Shown: positions 31,669-42,995 of the stretch, one piece after another
Layout: each line of letters opens with the position of its first letter
Numbering within the stretch: position 1 is the first letter of the stretch
Source: Salpingoeca rosetta
Taxonomy: Eukaryota > Protista > Choanoflagellata
Assembly (NCBI GenBank): GCA_033442325.1
Contig: JAWQFM010000012.1
Location: 1,535,793 to 1,599,792, forward strand
DNA length: 64,000 bases
Direction: 5' to 3'
Notes under the pieces: model-generated
Databases searched by the model: none
What the model was told of the DNA's origin: nothing
What the model saw: the letters and a program-made list of their open reading frames with translations, nothing else
Position numbers and translations under genes: made by a program

Positions 31669-32427
31669 CACACACGCACACACACACACGCACGTACACA
31701 CACGCACACACACATGCACACGCACACCTTTTTTCTCTCACGGTTCTCGCAGTGCTTCACTGCGTATGAGGGTGCGGGTGCGTCCTTGAATGGCAAACCA
31801 ATCCACGTGGATGCCCAGCCGACCCGTCTGGACCAGCTGCTCGTCTCCACCAACATCGGCTACCTCCGCGATGACAAGGCCATCCGACACATGCTCGGTT
31901 GGTTACGGTGGTTGTGGTTGTGGTTATTGTGGTGATAGTTGTTGTTGTTGTTGTTGTGGCTGTTGTGGTGGTAGTGATTGTGGTAGCGGTGCTGCAGTGG
32001 GACGTGAGGTGATTGTGCGAGAGACGTTGTGTTTCTCCGCCACGACCAAGCTTTGTTGTCCATGTCTCTCCTCCTCCACCGCACTGACACACACACACAC
32101 ACACACACACATGCACACTGTGTAGGGAGCGTGGAGAACATGATGAAGCAGAATCTGCGTGGGCTGCGCATGCTCGGCACGGCGTGCAACCAAATCACCG
32201 GTGTCGCTTGCGGCCGAACAAACTGCTACTACGAGTGCGGCCCCCACCCTTGGGACGTCTGCGCAGGCGTGTGCATTCTGCGCGAGGCCGGCGGCTATGC
32301 CTGCGACATCACGGGCGCCCCGTTCTCTATGACATCCCGCAGGTACATCTGTGCGGCGTCGGAGGCCATTGCCAACCTCATCCTCCCACACATCCAACAC
32401 CCACTCCCGTTTGAGGACGTCCAGTAG
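30363..32427 (+). CDS. Inositol monophosphatase (IMPA/SuhB family), multi-exon
   Basis: [36 protein letters not shown]|[14 protein letters not shown] and [19 protein letters not shown] motifs. Confidence 0.95.
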
Positions 32428-32446
32428 CCGCGTCGTGGCGGCGTGA

Positions 32447-32568
32447 TGACATGAGATGCTGTGGCATTCATTGTAATGGTGTGACATGGCGGTGTGGCGT
32501 TCATTGTAATGGTGTGACATGAGATGCTGTGGCATTCATCGTAATGGTGTGACATGGCGTGGTGTGAC
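32447..32568. repeat. Imperfect 33-35 bp tandem repeat (~3.5 copies) just after the IMPase stop
   Basis: Units TGACATGAGATGCTGTGGCATTCATTGTAATGGTG, TGACATGGCGGTGTGGCGTTCATTGTAATGGTG, TGACATGAGATGCTGTGGCATTCATCGTAATGGTG, then a partial unit. Confidence 0.85.
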
Positions 32569-32762
32569 GGTCTCTGTAACAATAAACAATCATCGAACAA
32601 ACGGGCGCTGCACTTGCACGGAGGTGCTGGAACCACAACAACAGAACAACACGCGCACACCCCACACACCCAGCTCACCCTGCAGAACATTGGTGGATAT
32701 CTTTGGTCACTTATCACTGGAGGGATTGTGTTTTGGAGAGCTGCGACAAAACACCACCCACG

Positions 32763-33405
32763 ATGCACGCTGCCACGCTTGTTGTGCTTGCTGTTGTGGC
32801 TACAGCCGCCACCGCTTCCGCCCACCAGCTCGGTGGCTGTCGCCGCCCTGAGAGTAAGTGTGTCCGTGCAGGCAAACACGCTTCTGTTTGTACATGTGTG
32901 TGTGTGCGTGTGCGTACGTATGTGTGTTTTTGTGTGCGTACGTATGTGTGTTTTTGTGTGCGTACGTATGTGTGTTTTGTGTGCTGTGCGTGCTGCGCGT
33001 TTGGTGTTTTGTGCGATGCGCAATGACTGAGCGATCGCGCACGTGCCCTTTCGTTGCACGACACTGTTGCTGTCCCGCGCACTCCCCTCACACAGTGCAA
33101 CTTGTACTTGCTTGGTTTTGTGCAGTTGGCTGGACGTTTGGCCCCGTGGTCAAGTCTCCCCAGCCCCACGAGTACCTCGATGTGGGTGCGCTGCCGGAGT
33201 CGTTTGCCTGGAACAACGTGTCCGGCGTCAACTTCCTCTCCCGCTCCCGCAACCAGCACATCCCGCAGTACTGCGGCAGGTGCGTTGGCTGCGGTGTGCG
33301 ATTATTATTTTTTGATTTTGCGGCGCAAACAGACACCTTGCGCCAAGGCGCGGCTGACAGCAAATGTCGCGCGCGCACACACTCGCACACAAACACACAA
33401 ACACA

Positions 33406-33485
<80 letters not shown>

Positions 33486-35675
33486 TACACACACACGCAC
33501 ATGCACACACACGCACACGCACGCGCGCTCACTTGCTCACTTGCTCACTGCCTTTGGATTCTTTTGGTTTCTCCACAGCTGCTGGGCCCATGGAACCACC
33601 AGCGCCCTCAACGACCGTCTTTCCATCATGCGCCGCAACGCCTGGCCCGAGATCAACCTCGCCCCGCAGGTGCGCCGCTTCGTGCATGCTGTCTGTTGTC
33701 GCTGTGTGCCAGGCGAAGGGTTCGAAAAGGAACCACGCCTCACCGCGGAGTGATTGTCACCACAGTCTTACTCCTACCGAATCTTGCCGCTCTTGATCAA
33801 TGGCATGTTGCATTACACCCGGTTTAGGTTCTGTTGAACTGCAACGGCGGCGGCTCATGCGGTGGCGGTGCTCCTGGCGGTGTCTGGGAGTACATCTACC
33901 ACAATGGAAGTGAGTGATGTGACATGATGTAAACAAACACACCTGCATTCCAATCTCCACCCCTTTCTGTGTGCCATGCCGTTTGTCTTTTTTTTTTTTC
34001 GCACCACACTCCCTGTTCTCCCTGCCCACATTCGACATTTATGTCCCAGCTCGCGTGCTCAAGCTCACCCTGCCACCTCCTCATTGCCTGGCCCTCCCTT
34101 TGCCATCCACGCCCCACTCTCTGTTGCGCGTGCGCGTACGCGCCAGTCCCTGATGAGACGTGCCAGAACTACGAGGCCCGCGACGGCCAGTGCAACGCCA
34201 TGGGCATTTGCGAGACCTGCTCTCCTGGCCAGGTCAGTCCCACCACACCAAACACAATGCCTGCTTGTGCTTCGTGTCGCTTGTTTTGTTGAGCGTGTGT
34301 GCTTGTGCTTGTGCTTGTGCCTGTGCTTGTGCTTGTACGAGCGTGTGTGTGTGTGCTTGTACGAGCGCGCGCGCGTGTGTGCAGTGTTCTGCTAAGAAGG
34401 AACACGATCACTCACCACGGATACGATTTCTTCCGTCCGCATACCCGCGCCCTTGGTTGTGCAGGGCTGCTCTGCCATCTCCAACTTTACCCTGTACTAC
34501 GTCTCCGAGTTTGGCGGCGTCTCCGGCGTTGACCGCATCAAGGCCGAGGTACACACACACACACACACACACACACACTGATGGGTGCGACACAGTCTGT
34601 GCATTCGCCATCAACCGCAACACGTTGTCACGTTCTCGTATTCCTCGTTTGTCCACTGCAATCCTCACCACCACCTCGTGACCACCCTCTTGTTCATAGA
34701 TCTATGCTCGCGGCCCCATTGCTGCCGGTATCGACGCGACGCCCGAGCTTGAGAAGTACACGGGCGGCGTCTTCTCGCAGAAGAAGCTCATCCCCATGAT
34801 CAACCACGAGGTGCAAACACACACACACACATACACACACACACACGCACACACACACACACTGCTGCCCATGCGCGGTCGTGTGCACGCGCGATTTTGT
34901 TCGCGTGTGTGTGTTTGTCTGCATATGTGTCGTTATTGAGAGGGGTTTGCCTGGCGCTGCTTGCGCGTGCCTTGTGTGCTTGTGCGCCAGCTCATTCTCT
35001 TCTTCTGTATGTGTGTGTGTGTGTGCGTATGAATGTGTGGCAGGTGTCCATCTGCGGATGGGGCGTCGACAACGGCGAAGAGTACTGGCTCGTCCGTAAC
35101 AGCTGGTACGCAATGGCTGTGATGGTGGCGGTGGCGGTTATGGTCGGGAATTGGCATTGCCAGTTGTGCCCTTTTGCCGTCATGCATGCGGGTGTTCGTG
35201 TCTCACCGTTGCCGTTTGCTCACCTGTTTCTCTCTCTCTCTCTCTCGGGTCCCATCTCCCTTGGATTCACCTCCTCAACGCACCGCGACAGGGGCACATA
35301 CTGGGTGAGGGCTCGCCGCAGACAGACAAGACAGACATACAGCCAGATAGACAGACAGACAGCCAGACAGACAGACAGACAGACACACACACACACAGAC
35401 AGACAGACAGACACACACACACAGACACACACACAGACACAGACAGACACACACACANNNNNNNNNNNNNNNNNNNNNNNNNNNNNNNNNNNNNNNNNNN
35501 NNNNNNNNNNNNNNNNNNNNNNNNNNNNNNNNNNNNNNNNNNNNNNNNNNNNNNNNNACGAGCGCGCATGGGCAGCAGTGTGTGTGTGTGTGCCGGTCTG
35601 TGCTGCTCATGTGTGTGTGTCTGTGTGCACCTCGCGGCTGACCAGGGGGATGAGCTTGTTTTGCAGGAAGACGCC

Positions 35676-35732
<57 letters not shown>

Positions 35733-35783
35733 CACAGACACACACGCACACGCACACAGACACAGACAGACAGACAGACACAC

Positions 35784-35815
<32 letters not shown>

Positions 35816-38492
35816 GCACGTATTGATCGCTCACCTACCTGTCCGTTGGCATGTTTCCGCGTGCGTAGGGCGAGGCTGGGTACTTCCGCATCACGACCAA
35901 GGCTGGGGAGAACCTTGGCATTGCGTCGCAGGGCAGCTGGGCGGTCCCGTCCTTCCACAAGCAGAGCGCCCCGCAGGCCAACACCATTCTTGCCGAGGAG
36001 ATCATGCGCGAGCTCGGCGCTGCTCCCGCCCGCTCCGCACGCAAGCAGATGCCCACCATGGTCAGGCGCTATGCATGTGTGTGTGTGTGACTGGTTTTGT
36101 AATTGTTGCTTCTTGTGCGCGTGTTCGTGCGTTGTGATGATTGTCTTCGATGCTTCCCTTCGCGGTGACTCACATCCAATCCACCTTGTGCCCCTCTTCC
36201 TCCACCTCCCTGCGTTCGTGCGCCCGACATTGTCCAACCCCCCCCCCCCTCTATCTCCAGCCTGCCGACGGCCAGCTGTTCACGACCAACCCGGACATCA
36301 AGAAGGGCGCGTACTTCCGCTACAACAAGCCTGCCGTGCGCAAGGGTACCCCCACCTCCCACGTTGTCTCTCCAATGCCACACACCTACCTCAGGTCAGT
36401 CAATCAGTGAATCAGTCAGTCGCGCTGCTGTAAGCCGTACCGTGCGCCTGCTCTTGGTGTGTGTGATGTGTGTACGCGTGTTCTGTGTGTTCTGTGTGTT
36501 CTGTGTGTTCTGTGTGTTCTGTGTGTTCTGTGTGTTTGTCTCACTGTCACTCTGATTTCGTTGCCACTATCGTTCACTCACGAGCAAAACATCACCACCA
36601 TCACCGCCACCACCACCACCACCATCACCACCACCATTTCTATCGTTGCCTCAGGCCATCTGATGTTCCGCAGACGTACGACCCGCGCAACATCAACGGC
36701 GTGGACTACACCACCGTCAACCGCAACCAGCACATTCCACAGTACTGCGGCAGGTGCGTCACACGCGTCACATGTGCACATATGGTGCCTGTGTGTGTTG
36801 TGTGTGTTGTGTGTTGTGTATGTTGTTGTTTTGTGTCGGGTTGTTCCATTCCAGCTACCTGTTGTGCGACACTGTGCCGACACTTATCCACGTACCTCGC
36901 CATCACCCCTTCTGTCCAAAACGACCATCGCAACGAGCAGCTGCTGGGCGCACGGCACTACCAGCGCTCTTGCAGACCGCATCAAGCTTGCTCGTAACCG
37001 CACCTTCCCAGACATTCAGCCATCCGTCCAGGTGCGTGTGCATTGTGTGTGTGTGCATTGTGTGTGTTGCAGTTGTGACAACTATTCCCTTGTGTTCGTT
37101 CGGTTCCGTTCCTGCGCACACACGCTATGCTTCGTCGCTGTGCTGTCTCGCCTTCCAACCCGTCTCATCTCCCCAACTGATCACTCCCCACCACCACTAC
37201 TCCCACCACCGCCAGGTTCTTGTTGACTGCGTGACGCTGAACAACACGCACGGGTGCGAGGGCGGCGACCCCACGGCGGCGTACTCGTACATCCTGCAGA
37301 ACGGCATCCCCGACGAGACGTGCACCAACTACCTCGCCAAGGACCAGACATGCACCCCCATCAACACCTGCCGCACCTGCAGCCCCGACAGCTGCTCCGC
37401 GGTTGCCAGCCCACCTCTCGTGCACATCAAGGAGCACGGCCAGATTTCCGGCGCCGAGAACATGCGCGCTGAGATCTTCGCCCGCGGCCCCATCGCATGT
37501 GCGTACTGCTGCTGCTGCTGTTGTTGTTGTATGAACTTGATTTGAGTGAGCGTGAATGTGACCGTGGTGGTCGCGTTGGATATGGGCGTGTGTGTGTGCT
37601 TGTGTGTGTGCTTGTGGTGTGTGCGCTTGTGTGTATGTGTGTGTGTGTGTGAATGTGGATTTGGTTGTGTGCGACGTAGCCTGCGTGTGTGCATCACATC
37701 ACAATCCGAGTATCGTCGTCGTGCTGGCACGTGCCGGTGCAGTGTCTTCATCCTCCTCACACCTCCGTCCACCATGATTTGCTTGACTGACACCACAGGC
37801 ACTGTTGCCGTGACCCCTGCCTTTGAGGCGTACTCTGGTGGCATCTTCAACGACACCACAGGCGCCCACGTACGTGGCTAGTTGTTGCTGCAGCTGCTGT
37901 TGCCATGCTGTGTTTTAGCCCGCCTGTCACTTGCTCGTCAGCTTACACGTTTCACCTCGTCCTCCCTCTTGTTCGTGCCATGGTGTGTGGCCTCTGCTGC
38001 TGCTGTTGTGCTTGTGGCCTTGTCTGTTTGGTTTCCCAGTCGCTCGACCACGAGATTGAGGTTGTTGGCTTTGGTGTGGACGAGCAGACGGACACCCCCT
38101 ACTGGATTGGCCGCAACAGCTGGGGGTGAGCCATTGCAGCGAGAGCACATGCGGCGGGATAGCGTGGGAGAGGTGGAGAGGGATGCGAACGATTGTTGGG
38201 AGATGAGGGAGTGGTTGGGGACGGTGGTGATGTGGTGTGGGAACGTGAGTGGCGTTGCTGACTTGTTTGAGCAATTTTTGTTTCGTTGTCGACAAACACT
38301 CGTGCGCACTGTCCATCCATGTCACTCACACACGATGTTGTCGCTGGTGGTGGCTGTTGCAGAACGTACTGGGGAGAGACCGGCTGGTTCAGGATTGTGC
38401 GCGGCGTGAACAACCTCGGCATTGAGGCCAACTGCGACTGGGCCGTGTGGGATGGCGTGCTCCCCGCTTACCATCTCCCAAGCCAGCAGTGA
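32763..38492 (+). CDS. Secreted/lysosomal papain-family (C1A) protease with two tandem cathepsin X/Z domains, multi-exon
   Basis: Signal-peptide-like [20 protein letters not shown]. Two copies of the cathepsin X-specific [21 protein letters not shown] (HIP mini-loop plus catalytic Cys). Catalytic His in INHEVSICGWG and [11 protein letters not shown]. Two RNSWGTYWGE motifs. No stop between the domains in the spliced model. Confidence 0.9.
35458..35557. other. Assembly gap (100 N) inside a cathepsin intron
   Basis: Run of N. Confidence 1.
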
Positions 38493-38714
38493 TGTCATCC
38501 CACATTGGTGATGGTGTTTCACAGCTCCGCTGCCGCTGTTTGTTTGTCGTGTGTGTCCTGTGTGTTTTGCTGTTCTTTTCTCTTCATCCCTCCTTCCTGT
38601 TGGGTGGCCACAATGTACTGCGACATTGCACGTCGTTGCTGTCATTGGTCGGCTGATGCTGGTGTGACCGTCATCCGCTTGTGTGGCACTGCCAATTAAT
38701 GTAAACGTGTTTGT

Positions 38715-40225
38715 TCGTGTTTTCAACAAAGAACGTGCCAAAGCTACGACGAACGAGGTGTCCTGCATCACGTGCACCTCCTACCCAGCCACCAGGCCGA
38801 CATCTCCAGAGGACGGGACAAGCAGCCCCGCCGCAGATACGCCTCAGCAGGACGCCGCACCGTGCGCACTCGCCGGCATCATACTGCCGAGCCCAGCCGA
38901 ACTGCACAGCCCCACATCGATACCACGAGCCCCCCCCCCCCCGCTCCCCAGGACCAGCAGGTGCGAACCGCCACCCCGTTCCCATCCCTGTCGCGTGACG
39001 CTTCCTCCCCCGCCGCTTCTCCTACCACCCCCTCCCCCTGGCCACTCCAGCCAGAGGGCCCAGCCTCTGCCGCAGTGCCTCCCTCGCCGCCAGCCCCCGT
39101 GAGCCCACCGCCATCGCCCTCTCAAGCAGGCACTCCCATCCTCTTCGAGGGGCCTCCCCATCACGATGCCTCCCCCGACCTGCCCGCGCAAGCCGCGGCC
39201 ACCACCACCACCGCCGGCATCCACGACGACCCCGACACGCAACTGCACGACGTGTTCGCAGTCCACGAGTGCTGCCGGACGCCAGGCTGCTGGGTCAGCA
39301 CCCACCAGCCCGTCTTACTCACGCCAGAGCAACTCGCGCCACGCCAGCCACCCCCGCGCTTCCCCTGCCCCTTCGAGCGGTGCCGCAAGCACCAACACTC
39401 GGCAGGCGCCGAAGACACGCGCCGAAGACACGCGCCGAAGACACGCGCCGAAGACACGCGCCTCGACTTTACCAAGCTGGCTCAGCACTTCCGTTCCCAA
39501 CATGCAGACGACCTGTCCCCAGGTCTCGCGGAAGCATTCGGACTCACATACTGCACCAGCTGCACGGGGCACATCTTCTCGCCGCGCCACAGATGCAGCA
39601 ATCGGGCACACGCCCCCGAGGCCGGGGCTGATGCCGATGCCCATGACCTCCCCATCCTCCAGCCCTCCGACGGCTAGTGGACTCGAGATCTGAAGGGCAT
39701 CGAAGCGGACCTCGTCGAGCGCGTGCGAAACAAGGACGACAGCGACATCTTCCACTGCTACCGCACCGCCCAGAAGATCCCTAACCATCCCCTCGCGTAT
39801 CGGGCCTTGCGGATCGCATCCAACATGATCGTAGAAGCTGAAAGCGACCCCAACAAGCGGAAGCGGCACAACGACTACGTCCTGGGTGCCTTCCACCTAC
39901 TGCAGCTCATTTTCGCCAGGGACAAGGCACACTACATCCGGAACAACACACTACACGCCCGGGATGTGCCTCCTCGCGTCGCGCAACTGGGACCGCCTGG
40001 AGGCACGAGCCACGATCCGGATGCGGCCGCCGCGCACCGACGAGGAAGGACGCGCCGGCAAGGCCCGCCAACACCTCGCAGCGGGAAACATCTCCAACGC
40101 ATACCGCACCCTCGCAGATGACTCCACGCAACTGGACAGGGCCGCTTACCACCGCCTGCTGGACGAGGGGCGGGCGGCCATTGAGGAGGCCCACTCACGG
40201 GACCGCCGCGCCAATCCCCCGCAGA
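38715..40225 (+). mobile_element. Decayed N-terminal part of a CRE-like (RLE-clade) non-LTR retrotransposon ORF
   Basis: Intronless, C-rich. Pro-rich region, C2H2-like finger CPFERC...HFRSQH, then CTSC...HRC, then the pre-RT helix KARQHLAAGNISNAYRTL. Disrupted by a frameshift near the poly-C run at ~38930, a TAG at 39675-39677 and a frameshift near ~39965. Ends approximate. Confidence 0.62.
39406..39462 (+). repeat. 13-bp unit GCGCCGAAGACAC x4.4
   Basis: Four perfect adjacent copies plus GCGCC, inside the zinc-finger spacer. Confidence 0.95.
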
Positions 40226-40322
40226 AGGTCGTGCTGAGCAGGAGCATGCAGAAGCTGCGCTGGTTTGCGCTGCCCACAGACTACATGGCTGCACCACCGC
40301 CATCAGTAACGGAGGTTACAGC

Positions 40323-40385
<63 letters not shown>

Positions 40386-41382
40386 CGCGTTCACAGGAGG
40401 GCATGGTGGAGTGGGGCGACCTGCCTCAGTGGTCGCTCGACCAAGGTGGCGGCGTTGGCAGATATGATGCTGACAACAGCAGCGACGAGAATGGCAGCCC
40501 TGTGCTCTTGCAGGCGTGGGCGAGTGGTGATGACGACGACGGCGACGGCGTCGGTGGCAATGGCGGTGATGGTGTTGCAAGCAGCACCATCTCATCGTAA
40601 GTGAACATGCACTCGGCTGTGTGATTGTGTGATTCTATAGTTCAATATTGTGCGTGTGCGTGTGTGTGTGTGATTGCGTTTGTGGTGTGTGTGTGCGTAT
40701 GTGTGTCATTGCGTTTGTAGTGTGTGTGTGTGTGATTGACGTGCATATGTGTGTGCAGTTGCCGATGTAATGACTTGCTTAGATGAACGCTCATGGGTGT
40801 GCTGTGTGATGGTGTGGGGCACTGTGTTTCTCTTGCTTGCAGTGACGAGGAGGCCGAGTTGAACGGACCCGTCTGCTACAACTGCAACGGCCAGCCCATC
40901 GCCGAGGAAGTGGAGGAGGTGAGCATGAGTGCTTGTGGGCGTGTGTGTGTGCTTGTGTGCGTGTGTGTGTGTGTGTGTGTGCATGCTTGTGGGCGTGTGT
41001 GTCAGTGTGCATGCTTGTGTATTGTGTGCTTGTGTGTTGCGTGCTTGTGTGTTGTGTGCTGCCGTTGTACATGTACCTCGCAGCCTTGCAGCTATACCCC
41101 TTCACTCAGAGCGCCAATCGCGCATGTAACATCACGCCCACACTCAACCACTCACTCCCTCACTCCAATACGCTGCGGCACCTGTTCTCCTCCGTTGCAT
41201 GCGCGCAGGCAGAGCGGCGTCGACGTCGCGCGAAAGCCCAGCGCGTGCTTGACGGGTTTGTCAAGGCAGGCGACCTGGCTGTCCAGGGAAGTGGCGTGGA
41301 CCCGTCTCTTGCAGGCCTGATCCTCGGCGTGTGCATCTGCTTCACCTTTGGGCGCCAGTGGTGCAGTGGCCTCTTCTCCTGA
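40226..41382 (+). pseudogene. 3' fragment of an unidentified spliced host gene fused to the retroelement fragment
   Basis: Switch to host-like sequence: a (CAG)n tract and two GT-AG introns with (GT)n. Exons read ...GVASSTISS|DEEAELNGPVCYNCNGQPIAEEVEE|AERRRRRAKAQRVLDGFVKAG...GVDPSLAGLILGVCICFTFGRQWCSGLFS-TGA. Frame change across the CAG tract. Confidence 0.5.
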
Positions 41383-42164
41383 TGGGGGCGGCAGCCGCGG
41401 TGGACGGCGTGACGAAGATGGCATGGTGGCACGATGTGCTCATGATTTGGTGATGGTGCCATATATTGCTTGCTCGAGTGGTAATTGATGGCTGATTGCT
41501 TGCTTGGTGGCTTGATTTGATGGCTTGGTTGCTTCATGTGTATGAGTGAGTGGATGATGACCGTCTTCTTTTTCGTTTCACCGATCTTAAGTGTGCTTCG
41601 TGAGCCCGCCGTTTTGCTTCCTTCATTTGCTTGTCCGTGCCCGTCTTGAGAACCGACATAAACAAGCAATAAGACAATAACAAACCGCACACACGCGGCA
41701 AACGCGACCACACACGCCTCCCCCCACTCCGCATCTGTGACATGAGTTCACACCACTCGTGCAAGTCCACTACAAGTCGCCCATTCCAAACATCTAACCC
41801 CCTTTCGGCACCAATGTGTCTTTCATCTCCAAACACACTGCACAGGATCCAGACTTTTCGATCAAGGAAGTTATGGCGCGTCACGTCATGTCATGTCATA
41901 TGTCACGCCACTCTTTTATGCACGGGATAGACGCATACCATATTTAGCTTCATGGAAGTCACACCATCATAGCACGCACAACAAGTATCACAAGGAGGCC
42001 TGGCCCACCACAACAAGCAAATTAGCAAAAGCAACAGCAGACAAAACACCAGACACAGCAATTTCACCACCTCAACCACCACCTCAACCACCACTACCGT
42101 CATCATCATCCCCTGTCACCGCCACCACCATCAAAGAAGGCAAGAGTGGCTGCACCAACACAGG

Positions 42165-42963
42165 TCAAAGGATGGTAGCGTTCTGCATTCCTTCGATGAG
42201 CTTGTTGAGGATCTTCAGCTTCTTCTTCACGCCCACCTCACGGCCTTCCTGCTCCCCCTCCTGCTCCTCCTGCTCCTCCTCCTCCTCCTCCTCATCATCA
42301 TGTCCGTGGTCACCGTCATCAGCGTTCCCACTGCCCTCATGCGCCATGTCACGCTTCTTCTGCTGCAGCCACTCAACAAGTCGCCGGCACGCATCCTCAA
42401 ACCGATCACACGTGCTCAGGACATCAAATCTCTCGCCAAAGTCGGGGCGAGCCCATGCCATGGCCAGTGAGTAAAAGTCGTGGATGCTTTTGAACGGCAG
42501 CCGGTCCCTGCCCGAGCGACAAAACAAGTCAGGATGCCGTTCCAGCAGACAACAGTTGAAGCCGTCCGGCGTGTACTCACCAAAATCCTCAAGGTCAATG
42601 AGGAACGCGACTTCAGCGTTCCTCACTGCTATATTCTCCTTCCTGACATCGGCGTGGGGAAGTGAGTGGAAACACAACCGCAGGAGCTGCTCTGCCACAC
42701 ACAACAGCTGCTCTGGCGTGGTGAACTTGCCGCTGCCGAGGAAGGGCATGACGATGGTGTTGCTGTTGATGACGCGAATCGGGTGACGTGGGTGCAGGAT
42801 GCGCCACATGTGAAGAATATGGTCGATGTTGTGGTCGTCAGGCACACGCTTCACCACAGTGTCGTCAATAATCGTCACATCTGCCGCTAGTTCTTCAAAC
42901 TCGAAGAACACGCGCATGTTGGCCAAGACGACCTCGTCTTTCTGCTGCTGATGGTGCTGTGGC

Positions 42964-42995
<32 letters not shown>

